Of a DNA stretch of 64,000 nucleotides, positions 1-10,253 are shown piece by piece. The stretch covers positions 16,219 to 80,218 of the forward strand of contig JAZNVR010000001.1 of the NCBI GenBank assembly GCA_045592905.1, read 5' to 3'. A model generated the notes under the pieces. It saw only the letters and a program-made list of their open reading frames with translations, did no database searches and was not told the DNA's origin. Every line of letters starts with the position of its first letter. Position 1 is the stretch's first letter. The DNA is from Candidatus Enterousia sp. GTDB lineage: Bacteria; Pseudomonadota; Alphaproteobacteria; Rs-D84. The translations under genes and the position numbers were made by a program.

Positions 1-1332
1 CCAGAACGTGCCATGGCAGATGCCGCTGCATCTGATGCCAGACGTGCATCTGGCGATGCCATGCCCCTGGATGGTATACCGTTGGCAATGAAAGATTTGT
101 TTGCAACACGTGGTATTCGTACAACTGCCGCTTCACGCATGCTAGAAAATTTTGTTCCAGAATACGAATCTACCGTTTCACAAAATTTAATTAATGCAGG
201 TACGGTATTATTAGGTAAAGCAAATTTGGACGAATTTGCAATGGGCACGTTCAGCAAGACCAGTTTCTTTGGTGCACCAATAAACCCATGGCAAATTGAA
301 AAACAATTAACTGCTGGCGGTTCTTCTGGCGGTTCTACATCTGCAGTTGCAGGTGGTCTGGCGTTATGTGCAACTGGCACAGACACAGGTGGTTCAATCC
401 GTTTTCCTGCTGCAATTACAGGTATGGTTGGAATGAAACCAACATATGGTCTGTGTTCACGTTGGGGCTGCGTTGCATTTGCATCTTCGTTGGACACACC
501 AGGTCCAATCACACGTACTGTTGATGATGCAGCGTTAATGTTATCATGTATGGCCGGTCACGACGAGAAAGATTCAACAAGCAGTACAAACGGTTTTACA
601 TGCAACAAACCACTAGAACCAATATTAGGCGATGGCAAAAAATTACGTGTTGGTATCATCAAAGAATTTGCAGACGTTACAATTTCATCTGATATGAAAG
701 AATTATTTGAAAAACGTATTGCTGATTTGAAATCTATGGGTGCAGAAATTGTTGAAGTATCAATTCCAAACATTCTGGATGCATTGGCGGCATACTATAT
801 CATCGCCCCAGCCGAAGCATCATCAAACCTGGCACGTTATGACGGTATGCGTTATGGTCTGCGTATAGAAGGCAAAGATATTTATGACACATTCAAAAAG
901 ACACGTGCTGCCGGTTTTGGTGACGAAGTACAACGTCGTATGATTATTGGTACAGCTGTTCTGTCCAGCGAATCGTACGATGTATATTTCATGCAGGCTG
1001 CACGTGTTCGTCGTATGATTGCAGACAGTTTTAATTCTGCATTTGAACAGTGTGATTTAATTATATGCCCTGCATCAGCAGGTACTGCAATGCCACTGAA
1101 CACATCATTATCACCACTGGAATTCTATGCATTAGATTTATTCACCGTTGCAATGAATTTAGCAGGTATTCCTGCATGCAGTGTACCATGTGGTCTGGCA
1201 CAAAATGGTCTGCCACTAGGGATGCAGGTTGTTGGCCGTCGTTTTGATGACATGCGTGTATTACAGTTGGCAAAACACATTGAATCAGCGGCTGGTGTTA
1301 ACAACCGCCCAACAACAATTATGGGGAAATAA
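1..1332 (+). CDS. gatA: Glu-tRNA(Gln)/Asp-tRNA(Asn) amidotransferase subunit A, 5' end outside window
   Basis: Amidase signature with the GGSSGGS motif. The reading frame is open from position 1 and lacks about 50 N-terminal residues. gatB follows. Confidence 0.9.
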   Translation, partial: PERAMADAAASDARRASGDAMPLDGIPLAMKDLFATRGIRTTAASRMLENFVPEYESTVSQNLINAGTVLLGKANLDEFAMGTFSKTSFFGAPINPWQIEKQLTAGGSSGGSTSAVAGGLALCATGTDTGGSIRFPAAITGMVGMKPTYGLCSRWGCVAFASSLDTPGPITRTVDDAALMLSCMAGHDEKDSTSSTNGFTCNKPLEPILGDGKKLRVGIIKEFADVTISSDMKELFEKRIADLKSMGAEIVEVSIPNILDALAAYYIIAPAEASSNLARYDGMRYGLRIEGKDIYDTFKKTRAAGFGDEVQRRMIIGTAVLSSESYDVYFMQAARVRRMIADSFNSAFEQCDLIICPASAGTAMPLNTSLSPLEFYALDLFTVAMNLAGIPACSVPCGLAQNGLPLGMQVVGRRFDDMRVLQLAKHIESAAGVNNRPTTIMGK

Positions 1333-1398
1333 AGTGAATGAATAATATACCTTTCGGGAATAAAAAAACGACCACAACGGTCGCACCTAGAAAGGAGA

Positions 1399-1474
1399 TG
1401 GTGGCTAGGGACGGAATCGAACCGCCGACACAGGGATTTTCAGTCCCTTGCTCTACCAACTGAGCTACCTAGCC
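1399..1474 (-). tRNA. tRNA-Phe (anticodon GAA)
   Basis: The reverse complement reads GGCTAGGTAGCTCAGTTGG...GGTTCGATTCCGTCCCTAGCCACCA. Anticodon stem AGGGA/TCCCT encloses loop CTGAAAA. CCA is encoded. Confidence 0.85.
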
Positions 1475-1529
1475 AATGCGGGACAAATAATAAGATACAA
1501 AAAACAAAAAAGCAAGGGAAAAAGACAAA

Positions 1530-3050
1530 ATGTTTACAATAAAAGGCAAAACAGGCGATTGGGAAGTTGTAATTGGACTGGAAACACATATTGAAGTACT
1601 GTCCGAATCAAAATTATTCAGTGGTGCATCTGCCGATTATAATCCAACCGTATCACCAAACACCCAGGTTTCAATGGTTGATGTTGCAATGCCAGGCATG
1701 TTGCCTGTATTAAACAAATACTGTGTTGAACAAGCAATTAAGTTTGGCTTGGGTATTAATGCTGAAATATCCCGTCACAGTCGTTTTGCACGTAAACAAT
1801 ACTTTTACCCTGACCTGCCCCAAGGCTATCAGATTTCGCAACCTGCTGACGAACCACCTGTTGTTGGTCGTGGATGGGTTGAAATTATGGGTGATGATGG
1901 TAACCCTAAAAAGATTTTCATTGAACGCGCACACATGGAACAAGATGCGGCGAAAAACAAACATGATATGCACCCAACAAAATCATTCGTTGATTTTAAT
2001 CGCACCGGTGTAATGTTACTGGAAATCGTAACTTTCTTGGACACAAAAAATCCAGAAAACAATTCATACATATCATCCCCAGACGAAGCAGAACGTTATC
2101 TTCGTGCGATTCGTGAAATTGCACGTGCGTTGGGTGTTTCACGTGCCAACATGGAAGAAGGTTCAATGCGTGCCGATGTAAATGTATCTGTACGCCCTGT
2201 GGGGTCAACCGAATTCCGTACCCGCACAGAAACCAAGAACATGGTATCTTTTAAATTTATTAAAACAGCCATTGAATATGAAGCACGTCGTCAAATTGAA
2301 ATATATGAAAATGGCGGCACCGTTACCCAAGACACAATGCGTTTCCACCAAGATGATGGTACAACATCTGTTGCACGTTCAAAAGAAGACGCACTGGATT
2401 ATCGTTATTTCCCAGATCCAGACTTGTTACCAATTGAAATTTCTGACGAACAAATTGAACGCATACGCAGTACTATGCCAGAATTACCTTCTGCGACACG
2501 TGCACGTTATATAACAGAATTTGGACTATCTGAATATGACGCGGCCAGATTGACAGAAAACACAAACATATCAAAATGGTTTGATGCAGCAGTAAACAGC
2601 AAAAAACAAAATGCAAAATCAATCGCAAACTGGATGATAAGTGAACTGTTTGCACATCCAGAAAACTGGGATGAAAAGAATGAAAAGTCAGGCATAATTG
2701 ATGACGTGCGTATAATTACACCATCTGATTTATCTGAACTGGTTGAAATGATTTCCGAAAACACAGTTAATGGCAAACAAGCCAAAGAAATCTTTATCAA
2801 AATGTTAGATGGGGAAAATGGCACACCACGTGAAATTGCAGATAAATTCGGCATGAAGCAAATGACAGACACTGGTGCAATTGAAAAAATCATTGATGAT
2901 GTAATTGCATCTAATCCAGCCCAGGTTGAACAATACAAATCTGGCAAAACCGGTTTGCTTGGATTCTTTGTTGGAAATGTTATGAAGGCAACATCTGGCA
3001 CTGCAAATCCAGCCGTTGTAAACGAAATACTGCGTAAGAAATTATCATAA
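1530..3050 (+). CDS. gatB: Glu-tRNA(Gln)/Asp-tRNA(Asn) amidotransferase subunit B
   Basis: 506 aa with GatB N-terminal and YqeY-like C-terminal domains. It lies next to gatA. Confidence 0.9.
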   Translation: MFTIKGKTGDWEVVIGLETHIEVLSESKLFSGASADYNPTVSPNTQVSMVDVAMPGMLPVLNKYCVEQAIKFGLGINAEISRHSRFARKQYFYPDLPQGYQISQPADEPPVVGRGWVEIMGDDGNPKKIFIERAHMEQDAAKNKHDMHPTKSFVDFNRTGVMLLEIVTFLDTKNPENNSYISSPDEAERYLRAIREIARALGVSRANMEEGSMRADVNVSVRPVGSTEFRTRTETKNMVSFKFIKTAIEYEARRQIEIYENGGTVTQDTMRFHQDDGTTSVARSKEDALDYRYFPDPDLLPIEISDEQIERIRSTMPELPSATRARYITEFGLSEYDAARLTENTNISKWFDAAVNSKKQNAKSIANWMISELFAHPENWDEKNEKSGIIDDVRIITPSDLSELVEMISENTVNGKQAKEIFIKMLDGENGTPREIADKFGMKQMTDTGAIEKIIDDVIASNPAQVEQYKSGKTGLLGFFVGNVMKATSGTANPAVVNEILRKKLS

Positions 3051-3069
3051 AAAACAAAAAGGGAAAAAC

Positions 3070-3243
3070 ATGGCAAAAGTAATTACAATCGTTGAAAACA
3101 ATCACATCACAGGCGTTGTATATGGCACAGTAAATATTCCAGACACAGAAATCAAACAATCACCAAAACATCAGCAAATGGCTGCAAAAGTAAGCAAGGC
3201 ACGCATACAGCAACTGCGTAATCAGCACATAAAACAAAAATAA
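3070..3243 (+). CDS. small hypothetical protein (57 aa)
   Basis: Good RBS, aaaaagggaaaaacATG. Basic protein with no recognisable family. Confidence 0.25.
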   Translation: MAKVITIVENNHITGVVYGTVNIPDTEIKQSPKHQQMAAKVSKARIQQLRNQHIKQK

Positions 3244-3246
3244 GAA

Positions 3247-3603
3247 ATGATTATTATCTTTGCAAAGCAATTATCAGACGATATAAAAACAAAATTGCTG
3301 GCCGAAATTGAAAAAATTCGGCCAGACATGTGCATCACATTTGTACAACAAACACCCAAGGATATAAATGCAGAATTGTTGACTGAAACCGAAGAACTTC
3401 GGAAAGTGGAAGAAAAGATATTAGAATTCATTCCTGAAATGTGCGAAAATCCACCCAGACAAATAATAGATAAATCTGGGCTATCGTTTGATGAAAAAAA
3501 CGCACGCAAGCATCACACAAAAAATATGGTAAAAAGTTTTAATATCGCGAAAAAAAGATACGCCAAACAAAACTATCATAATGGCAGAAACAAAATAAGG
3601 TAA
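3247..3603 (+). CDS. hypothetical protein (118 aa)
   Basis: ORF in the gatB-miaB intergenic block. No recognisable motif. Confidence 0.3.
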   Translation: MIIIFAKQLSDDIKTKLLAEIEKIRPDMCITFVQQTPKDINAELLTETEELRKVEEKILEFIPEMCENPPRQIIDKSGLSFDEKNARKHHTKNMVKSFNIAKKRYAKQNYHNGRNKIR

Positions 3604-3607
3604 ACAA

Positions 3608-3787
3608 ATGCATATTCATATTTATGATGACATCATTCGCATGATGCGAGAAATGACAAAGTGGGAAGCAGACATAAAAATACATAATCGTGAAAAACGT
3701 TATAAAAAGAATTATATTCTGCGTACGAACAAATGGTCACAAATAAAACATTTACAAACAAGATATAACAACACAAAGCATAAATAA
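3608..3787 (+). CDS. small hypothetical basic protein (59 aa)
   Basis: ATG at 3608 and stop at 3785-3787. Lys/Arg-rich. Confidence 0.2.
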   Translation: MHIHIYDDIIRMMREMTKWEADIKIHNREKRYKKNYILRTNKWSQIKHLQTRYNNTKHK

Positions 3788-3791
3788 AATC

Positions 3792-5099
3792 ATGAAAAAA
3801 TTCTTTATCCAAACTTTTGGCTGTCAAATGAATGTATATGATGGTTGGCGAATCGCTGCAATGCTGGAACACCGTGGAATGTGCCGTACAGACAACATTT
3901 CTGATGCAGACATTATTATATTAAACACATGTGCTGTTCGTGCCAAAGCAACAGATAAAGTATTTTCTGCACTGGGACGTATTAGACGTGCAAAAAAGCC
4001 ATCTGCCTTGTTTGGCATTGTTGGTTGCGTCGCACGTGAATCTGGCAGCGATGCATTTCGCAGAATTCCTGAATTAAATTTTGTATTGGGACCACAAAGT
4101 TATCATAAATTACCACAAATTTTGGAAAACCCAGATGCAAGATTATTTAACATTGACCTGGGTGGATTGGAAAAATTTGATGAATTACCACAAATGGAAA
4201 AATCACCAACTGTTGCGTATATTCCAATTCAAGAAGGCTGTAATCATGTCTGTACATATTGTATTGTGCCATATACACGTGGTCGTGAAATATCACGTAA
4301 ATTTGACGATTGTGTTCGTGATACAATTCATGCCGCAAATACGGGTGCAGTAGAAATATGTTTCTTGGGTCAAAATGTAAATGGATATAAATATACAGAT
4401 GAAAACGGCACAACATATCGCCTGTCTGATTTAATCCGCCAAGCCGCAAAAATAGAATCTGTAAAACGAATCAGATTTACATCCAGTTACCCAACAGAAA
4501 TGACAGATGATTTGATTGAAATGTTTGCTATTGAACCAAAATTACTACCATTTTTAAATATGCCTATTCAAAGTGGTTCACAAAATGTTCTGACACGCAT
4601 GAACAGACCATATTCATTAGAATTATACACAGACATTATTCATAAATTACGAATCGCACGTCCAGACATTCAAATTTCTTCTGACTTCATCGTCGGATTC
4701 CCAGGTGAGTCAGATGATGATTTTGAACAAACAATGCGAATCGCCCAAGAAATTAAATATATAAATTCATATTCGTTTAAATATTCCCCACGACCACATA
4801 CAGCCGCTGCACTGATGCCTGATCAAATTCCTGAAAACATCAAGGCGGAACGTCTTGCAAAACTAGATACATTCTTGAATGAAATACAACGTGAATTTAA
4901 TATTAATTGTGTTGATAAAGATATGGAATGCCTGCTAGAAGGGCCTGACAAAACAGGTAAACATCTAATATATCGTACGCCATATATGCAACAATGCATT
5001 ATTGAAAAAACAGATAATATCACCCCTGCTCCAATTATGGCTATGATTCATATCACTAATGCAAACAAGGCATCGCTACGTGGAAAATTTATAGAATAA
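3792..5099 (+). CDS. miaB: tRNA methylthiotransferase, radical SAM (MiaB family)
   Basis: N-terminal MTTase domain FGCQMN, radical-SAM motif CNHVCTYCIVP, and a TRAM-like C-terminus. Confidence 0.75.
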   Translation: MKKFFIQTFGCQMNVYDGWRIAAMLEHRGMCRTDNISDADIIILNTCAVRAKATDKVFSALGRIRRAKKPSALFGIVGCVARESGSDAFRRIPELNFVLGPQSYHKLPQILENPDARLFNIDLGGLEKFDELPQMEKSPTVAYIPIQEGCNHVCTYCIVPYTRGREISRKFDDCVRDTIHAANTGAVEICFLGQNVNGYKYTDENGTTYRLSDLIRQAAKIESVKRIRFTSSYPTEMTDDLIEMFAIEPKLLPFLNMPIQSGSQNVLTRMNRPYSLELYTDIIHKLRIARPDIQISSDFIVGFPGESDDDFEQTMRIAQEIKYINSYSFKYSPRPHTAAALMPDQIPENIKAERLAKLDTFLNEIQREFNINCVDKDMECLLEGPDKTGKHLIYRTPYMQQCIIEKTDNITPAPIMAMIHITNANKASLRGKFIE

Positions 5100-6707
5100 T
5101 TAAAACGTTATACTTATATCAAACTCTGCCTTGTATGTAACGATATCCAGCATATTTGTAACAGACAATCCGATATTTGCCCCTATTCTATCCAACGGTG
5201 AAGAAAAACCTATTTTTCCCATTACTGTAAATGCACTATCAGTATCCGCAAACGCATAAATATCATAGTTATATTTCATTCCTGACAGTTCATAATTATA
5301 CCCTGTGCCAATACCAATACGTACAGCATGTTCAGACAAAGAAAAATTTTCCATTTTATAAAACTGACTTTTCATACCGACAACAGACGATAAATACAAC
5401 GAATCGCCAATATTAAATTTACGCCCGACATCTAATGTTACCAATCCAAAATATGCAGTTGGATTTTCAATAATGTTATTATCATGCAATATTGCACTAA
5501 TATCAAAATCTGCCATACCATAACGCATCTTGCTATGAACAAATAAATCATTATCAAACGTGTATTTTATTCCTAAATCCAATCCATAAAACACACTGTT
5601 ATATTTATCAATATCCGAAGAATATGTAATTTGCCCAACATTCAAACCAACGTTAAAACCAATTCCATAACCAACCAAATCAACAAGATTTATATCAGCC
5701 CCATATACATAAAAATCATCTGATTTCATACCATATACAGATGCACCAACACTAAAATCTGTTTCCAAAACATTATCTGTAAAACCCTGTGTATTAACAA
5801 TTTGTAATGGGGTTATCAACTTATCTATATTAAACAAAACAGAACGATTCATAAGATTTGTTATTTCTGTTAAATTGTTTGCATTATCTAATAAATATAA
5901 AAAGTTATTATGACCAGAACTGTTACGCAATTGATTCAAAAAGACACCCGTATTATCATCCTTGAAAATCAAAGTATAATCTGTTTGTCTAACACGTTCT
6001 ACATACAACACACCATTTACTAAATATCCCACATCCGAAAACAAAACATCGCTTTCATTATTAATAAAACGAACAAATGCATTGCCAGATATATTATTTA
6101 GCAAAACTTTATTCCGAATATCAGGATTATCCGTAATTATTAATTTTACATTTTCACCAAATGTAATTTTCCCATTTGTATTATTCGGCACTTTATCTAA
6201 ACTTAATGTTATATTTTCAAATACGATATTTGATGCAGTATCTGTTAAATCAACAACATCTGCCAACGATAAAACATCATTACTTTTTACAATCATTGTA
6301 TAATCTGCACCAAAATATGCCGTTTTCATACCATCCTTATCGGAAATAATCTGGAACAGGTGTGCATCGTTTCCCAAATTAAACACTGTATTTACAACGC
6401 CATAATTTTCTACATACACGTCGCAACCATCATAAACGTTTACAGTATCCGGGACAAGATTACCGTTATTTGTAATAACAATTGAGTTTGTAATTGTTAA
6501 AAGATTTGGCTTAACATTAACGCCATCTGCAATTATTGTATCATTAGATAGCTTCTTGTTTACACCACCAATATCAAACAACAGTGTTTCTGCACATAAG
6601 TCTGGCAGACAACAAAAACAAATAATCCAACAGATAAAAAATCTATATATCTTTAACATGCTTTGGCATGTTAACACACAAGAATAAAATCTTAAAGAAA
6701 AAAACAC
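5100..6707 (-). CDS. outer-membrane beta-barrel / autotransporter-like surface protein
   Basis: N-terminal hydrophobic signal. Repetitive Asn/Val-rich passenger-like region. C-terminal beta-barrel with alternating hydrophobic residues that ends in Phe (ISITF). The true start is possibly at the internal Met (MLKIY). Confidence 0.5.
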   Translation of the reverse strand: MFFSLRFYSCVLTCQSMLKIYRFFICWIICFCCLPDLCAETLLFDIGGVNKKLSNDTIIADGVNVKPNLLTITNSIVITNNGNLVPDTVNVYDGCDVYVENYGVVNTVFNLGNDAHLFQIISDKDGMKTAYFGADYTMIVKSNDVLSLADVVDLTDTASNIVFENITLSLDKVPNNTNGKITFGENVKLIITDNPDIRNKVLLNNISGNAFVRFINNESDVLFSDVGYLVNGVLYVERVRQTDYTLIFKDDNTGVFLNQLRNSSGHNNFLYLLDNANNLTEITNLMNRSVLFNIDKLITPLQIVNTQGFTDNVLETDFSVGASVYGMKSDDFYVYGADINLVDLVGYGIGFNVGLNVGQITYSSDIDKYNSVFYGLDLGIKYTFDNDLFVHSKMRYGMADFDISAILHDNNIIENPTAYFGLVTLDVGRKFNIGDSLYLSSVVGMKSQFYKMENFSLSEHAVRIGIGTGYNYELSGMKYNYDIYAFADTDSAFTVMGKIGFSSPLDRIGANIGLSVTNMLDIVTYKAEFDISITF

Positions 6708-6722
6708 CCCAAATGGGGTGTT
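6695..6722 (-). terminator. rho-independent terminator after the lipoprotein gene
   Basis: Hairpin ACACCCC-AAAT-GGGGTGT with an A-tract on the plus strand, which is a T-tract on the minus strand. Confidence 0.5.
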
Positions 6723-6744
6723 CTAACATCCAAGCCAATTATTA

Positions 6745-7332
6745 CTATTTTTCTAATTTTCCCCAGCCTGCTTTATAACCACCATCACGTTCTAGATAAA
6801 TGTTTGCACCATCTAATTGTGCTGCATTCAAGCCTTGAATCATATAAGTTTGTTCCAAGCGACCTGTATGGCCTGTTTCCAGCATTGGTAATTTTACATT
6901 CAACATACGGGAACTGTTACAGCATTTTGCATCATTATAACAATTACCACATTGATATAATTTCACCGTATAAGGAACATTTGGACGCATATCTTTCAAA
7001 TCTACTTCCATTTTCAAGCCGTTTGCAGTTTCACGAAATTTAATATGCCCCATCTTTGATTCGCCACCACGACTGCTATGTGTATACATTTTTGCATACA
7101 GATGTTTAATATCTGCGTCTTCATGTGTTTGATATACAACAATTGTATCAGATTCAATAACTTCAACAGGTTGTACATATTGTGCCTTTTGCATTTTATG
7201 TCCATGGTGCTTTTTTGCGGGGCATGTTGAACAACCAGTTAACAATGCAAATGCACCCAAAACAGATGCTGCAACACAAGTTTTTTTAATCAAGTTTGTC
7301 ATTCTTGTTTCTCCTTTGTTTATTATGAACAC
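6745..7332 (-). CDS. lipoprotein, Cys/His-rich, possibly metal-binding
   Basis: Signal peptide with lipobox LTGC. HHGH and CGNCYNDAKCC clusters. Confidence 0.45.
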   Translation of the reverse strand: MFIINKGETRMTNLIKKTCVAASVLGAFALLTGCSTCPAKKHHGHKMQKAQYVQPVEVIESDTIVVYQTHEDADIKHLYAKMYTHSSRGGESKMGHIKFRETANGLKMEVDLKDMRPNVPYTVKLYQCGNCYNDAKCCNSSRMLNVKLPMLETGHTGRLEQTYMIQGLNAAQLDGANIYLERDGGYKAGWGKLEK

Positions 7333-7487
7333 ATAAAACAGTCTACTATAATAACAAATTTTTTCCGCAGGTTTGATTACCTAGGAATATCAGGAAATAC
7401 AACGTATAGAACGCTTTTCAGAAATCTATCCTATACAAAATAATATAAAAATAATATAGCCTGTACAACAACCACAGGAGGGAAAAA

Positions 7488-7844
7488 ATGTATGAACTGA
7501 TACAATATTTAATTGCTTTCAAATACGCATGCAAAATAAACCATTGGTCAACAGACAATTATTCCAAACATCTATTATTTGATAGACTAAACGAAGATTT
7601 AGACACATGGATAGATACAATTGCAGAAACATATTTTATGGCAAACGACAACAAATCTATTTTCAAATCAGATTTATTAAATCCAAAATTTGTAAATACA
7701 AATCTTGTTAAGTCTTGTGAACACATAATCTCATTACTAGAAAAATTAATCAATGACAACGACACAAATGAAGGCATTGATTCTCTATTAAGTTCCATAG
7801 AAGAAGGTTTTCTAAATAAACTGGCATTAGCAAAATTAATATAA
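7488..7844 (+). CDS. hypothetical protein
   Basis: RBS AGGAGGG upstream. Followed by a terminator. Confidence 0.35.
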   Translation: MYELIQYLIAFKYACKINHWSTDNYSKHLLFDRLNEDLDTWIDTIAETYFMANDNKSIFKSDLLNPKFVNTNLVKSCEHIISLLEKLINDNDTNEGIDSLLSSIEEGFLNKLALAKLI

Positions 7845-7845
7845 A

Positions 7846-7871
7846 GAAAGCCCAACAAAGGGCTTTTTTTT
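7846..7871 (+). terminator. rho-independent terminator
   Basis: GAAAGCCC-AACAA-GGGCTTT followed by T8. Confidence 0.6.
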
Positions 7872-8032
7872 GCGACATGAATACCTGACATAATCATTTT
7901 GTATTTATACAAAACAAACACCCAAAATTTATATACAAAAAATATCTGCTATTAATCCAACCCGAAATAACGGTATAAATTTATACAAACAAAATGCAGT
8001 TATATATCAGTAATTTTTATTTTATGTTCTAT

Positions 8033-8062
8033 AAAAAAACGTCCCAAATGGGACGTTTTTTT
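8033..8062. terminator. bidirectional terminator hairpin
   Basis: A7-CGTCCCA-AAT-GGGACG-T7, directly 3' of the OMP gene on the minus strand. Confidence 0.6.
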
Positions 8063-8675
8063 AGAACATAAATCTGATACCTACATCTGCACCAAAATTA
8101 TGTAAACCCGATTCTATATCAACATATGTATATCGGGCAGCAACATCAACTGCGAAACGTTCCATATCAAATGTCATACCCAATGTACCCATTGCAGAAA
8201 CGCGTGTTTTGTTATCACTTTGTGCTGGTACCAATGCACCATAGTGTTCAACATCTGTAAACGCCATACCAACACCCAAACCTGCAAATGGACGTATCAT
8301 ATCATAAGAACCAAATTCCATATAGTTATTCCATAACAACGTTTGCATTTTAGCTTTTACATCAATTGTACCTGCTGGGCCAAAATCTGCTTGGTCTGAT
8401 GTTTTTCCGAAATAAGTCCATTCAATTTCAGAACGAACTGTATCGCAAACTTCTAAACCTAATGCTGCACGTCCTTGAAAAATAAAATCAGTAATAGATT
8501 CTTTATCGCCATTATATTTATAGTTCAAGTTTGTATAACTCATACCGCCTCTTAAACCAATGTATGGATCCATTCCCCACATTTGCCAAGAACTGCCCTG
8601 ATCTGGATGATTAATACCCGCAAATGCAGGACATGCCATCAACACTGCCAATGTTGAAATTACTATTTTTTTCAT
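8061..8675 (-). CDS. outer-membrane beta-barrel protein (OmpA-like 8-strand / porin family)
   Basis: Signal peptide and a beta-barrel with a C-terminal Phe (GIRFMF). Confidence 0.55.
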   Translation of the reverse strand: MKKIVISTLAVLMACPAFAGINHPDQGSSWQMWGMDPYIGLRGGMSYTNLNYKYNGDKESITDFIFQGRAALGLEVCDTVRSEIEWTYFGKTSDQADFGPAGTIDVKAKMQTLLWNNYMEFGSYDMIRPFAGLGVGMAFTDVEHYGALVPAQSDNKTRVSAMGTLGMTFDMERFAVDVAARYTYVDIESGLHNFGADVGIRFMF

Positions 8676-8796
8676 ATTTTCTCCTTTTATTTTGTTTTTA
8701 TAATTAAAAGTTTCATGTCAACAATTTGATTTTATCAGTCTTATTTGAATATTTATATAGGTATGAATCCCTGGGAAAAATAATACATATAGATAA

Positions 8797-8833
8797 CATA
8801 AAAAACAAAACGGCCAACACTGTGGCCGTTTAT
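8797..8833 (-). terminator. terminator downstream of tRNA-Lys
   Basis: Perfect 9-bp stem AAACGGCCA/TGGCCGTTT, with T-rich sequence on the minus strand. Confidence 0.55.
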
Positions 8834-8835
8834 CT

Positions 8836-8911
8836 TGGTGGACGCGCAGGGACTCGAACCCTGGACCCACTGATTAAGAGTCAGTTGCTCTACCAACTGA
8901 GCTACGCATCC
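8836..8911 (-). tRNA. tRNA-Lys (anticodon CTT)
   Basis: Reverse complement GGATGCGTAGCTCAGTTGG...TTCGAGTCCCTGCGCGTCCACCA. Anticodon stem ACTGA/TCAGT encloses loop CTCTTAA. Confidence 0.85.
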
Positions 8912-8943
8912 TGAACTAATATAATTTATCAGAACGGGGCTAA

Positions 8944-10170
8944 TTATAGACTTTTTTCTGTTAAATGCAAGTTTTTATCACAATTTATATTGCGATGTCG
9001 TAATTTTGTATTTTTTATATCCTGTATTGTTTTTGTTCCTGCCAATGTCATAACACGCCTTAGATCTGATTTTAAATAATCAAACACAGATACCACACCA
9101 CGCCATCCACCCAATGCCAATCCATAAATCACCGGTCTGCCGATTGCAACGACATCTGCACCACTTGCAATTGCCTTGAATATATGTTGACCACGACGCA
9201 CACCACTATCAAATATTATTGGGACACGTTTATTAACACGCATCGCTATTTCTTGTAAAACATCAAATGATGCTGGGGCCCCATCTAATTGACGACCTCC
9301 ATGATTAGATACCCATATTGCATCTGCACCATACGCAATCGCTATTTCTGCATCATCAGGATGTTGTATTCCCTTAACAATAACTGGCAATTTCGTCATT
9401 CGTTTGACGTGTATTATATCATATGGCGTTAACTTGTTTTGTGATGCTGCAAAAATTTGATTGATTCCGCTTCCTTTGGTTGGTCCAGTTTTCTGTGCAA
9501 CATTAGGCATCGCCAAAGGAAACTTAAAATCATTTTTTTTATCACGAATTCTGTTACCACCAACTGGTGCATCAACCGTTAATATAATTGCAGAAAAACC
9601 CAACTGTTCTGCTTGATTAACGATTGCACGATTGAACGCATCGTCTTTACTTAAATATAGTTGAAACCATTGTGGGGCACCATTACCTGCCCTTGCAATC
9701 TCTGCCAATGGTGAACTTGCATAATTACTAACACTCATTATTGTACCACTTGCGGCAGCCCCACGTGCAGTACCCGCTTCGGCTGAAACATGTGCCAAAC
9801 CATGTGCCGCAGCAGGTGCCACAATCACAGGCAAAGAAATATCTATTCCCAAAATATTGGTTGTAATATCTGGCATATCAACACCCGTCAAAACACGTGG
9901 AATGATATCAACATTATCAAATGCGGTTGTATTTCTATGCATTGTACTTTCTGTTTCTGCACCGCCATAAATATAATCAAAACCATCACGTGGAATTATC
10001 TGTGCAGCACGACTTTCCAAATCATCTATATCATAGATAACAATTTCTGTATCAGACACTGGTGCATTGTATTTGTAATTAGGTGCAATATATTTATTAA
10101 ATTTTATAACCAGCCATACTGTCAACAAAACAATCAAAATGACACATAAAATAAAAATTACTTTTCGCAT
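8944..10170 (-). CDS. FMN-dependent alpha-hydroxy-acid dehydrogenase/oxidase (L-lactate/glycolate oxidase family) with an N-terminal membrane anchor
   Basis: TIM-barrel FMN dehydrogenase motifs (SNHGGRQLD, GADVVAIGRP). The N-terminal 25 aa are hydrophobic. Confidence 0.7.
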   Translation of the reverse strand: MRKVIFILCVILIVLLTVWLVIKFNKYIAPNYKYNAPVSDTEIVIYDIDDLESRAAQIIPRDGFDYIYGGAETESTMHRNTTAFDNVDIIPRVLTGVDMPDITTNILGIDISLPVIVAPAAAHGLAHVSAEAGTARGAAASGTIMSVSNYASSPLAEIARAGNGAPQWFQLYLSKDDAFNRAIVNQAEQLGFSAIILTVDAPVGGNRIRDKKNDFKFPLAMPNVAQKTGPTKGSGINQIFAASQNKLTPYDIIHVKRMTKLPVIVKGIQHPDDAEIAIAYGADAIWVSNHGGRQLDGAPASFDVLQEIAMRVNKRVPIIFDSGVRRGQHIFKAIASGADVVAIGRPVIYGLALGGWRGVVSVFDYLKSDLRRVMTLAGTKTIQDIKNTKLRHRNINCDKNLHLTEKSL

Positions 10171-10253
10171 ATAAACACTCCTTGTTTATATGCACGATAA
10201 CATAAAAGAAAATTATATTTGATACGACAGTATTCACAAAGGATAAGACCAAT

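Noticed and set aside
558-3076. Antisense and overlapping ORFs inside gatA and gatB (558-773, 882-1103, 1710-1973, 2507-3076 and similar)
   Set aside because: They are embedded antisense or out of frame in well-supported genes and have no motifs. This is typical spurious AT-rich ORF noise, as are 10219-11169, 39389-39805 and 58715-59509.
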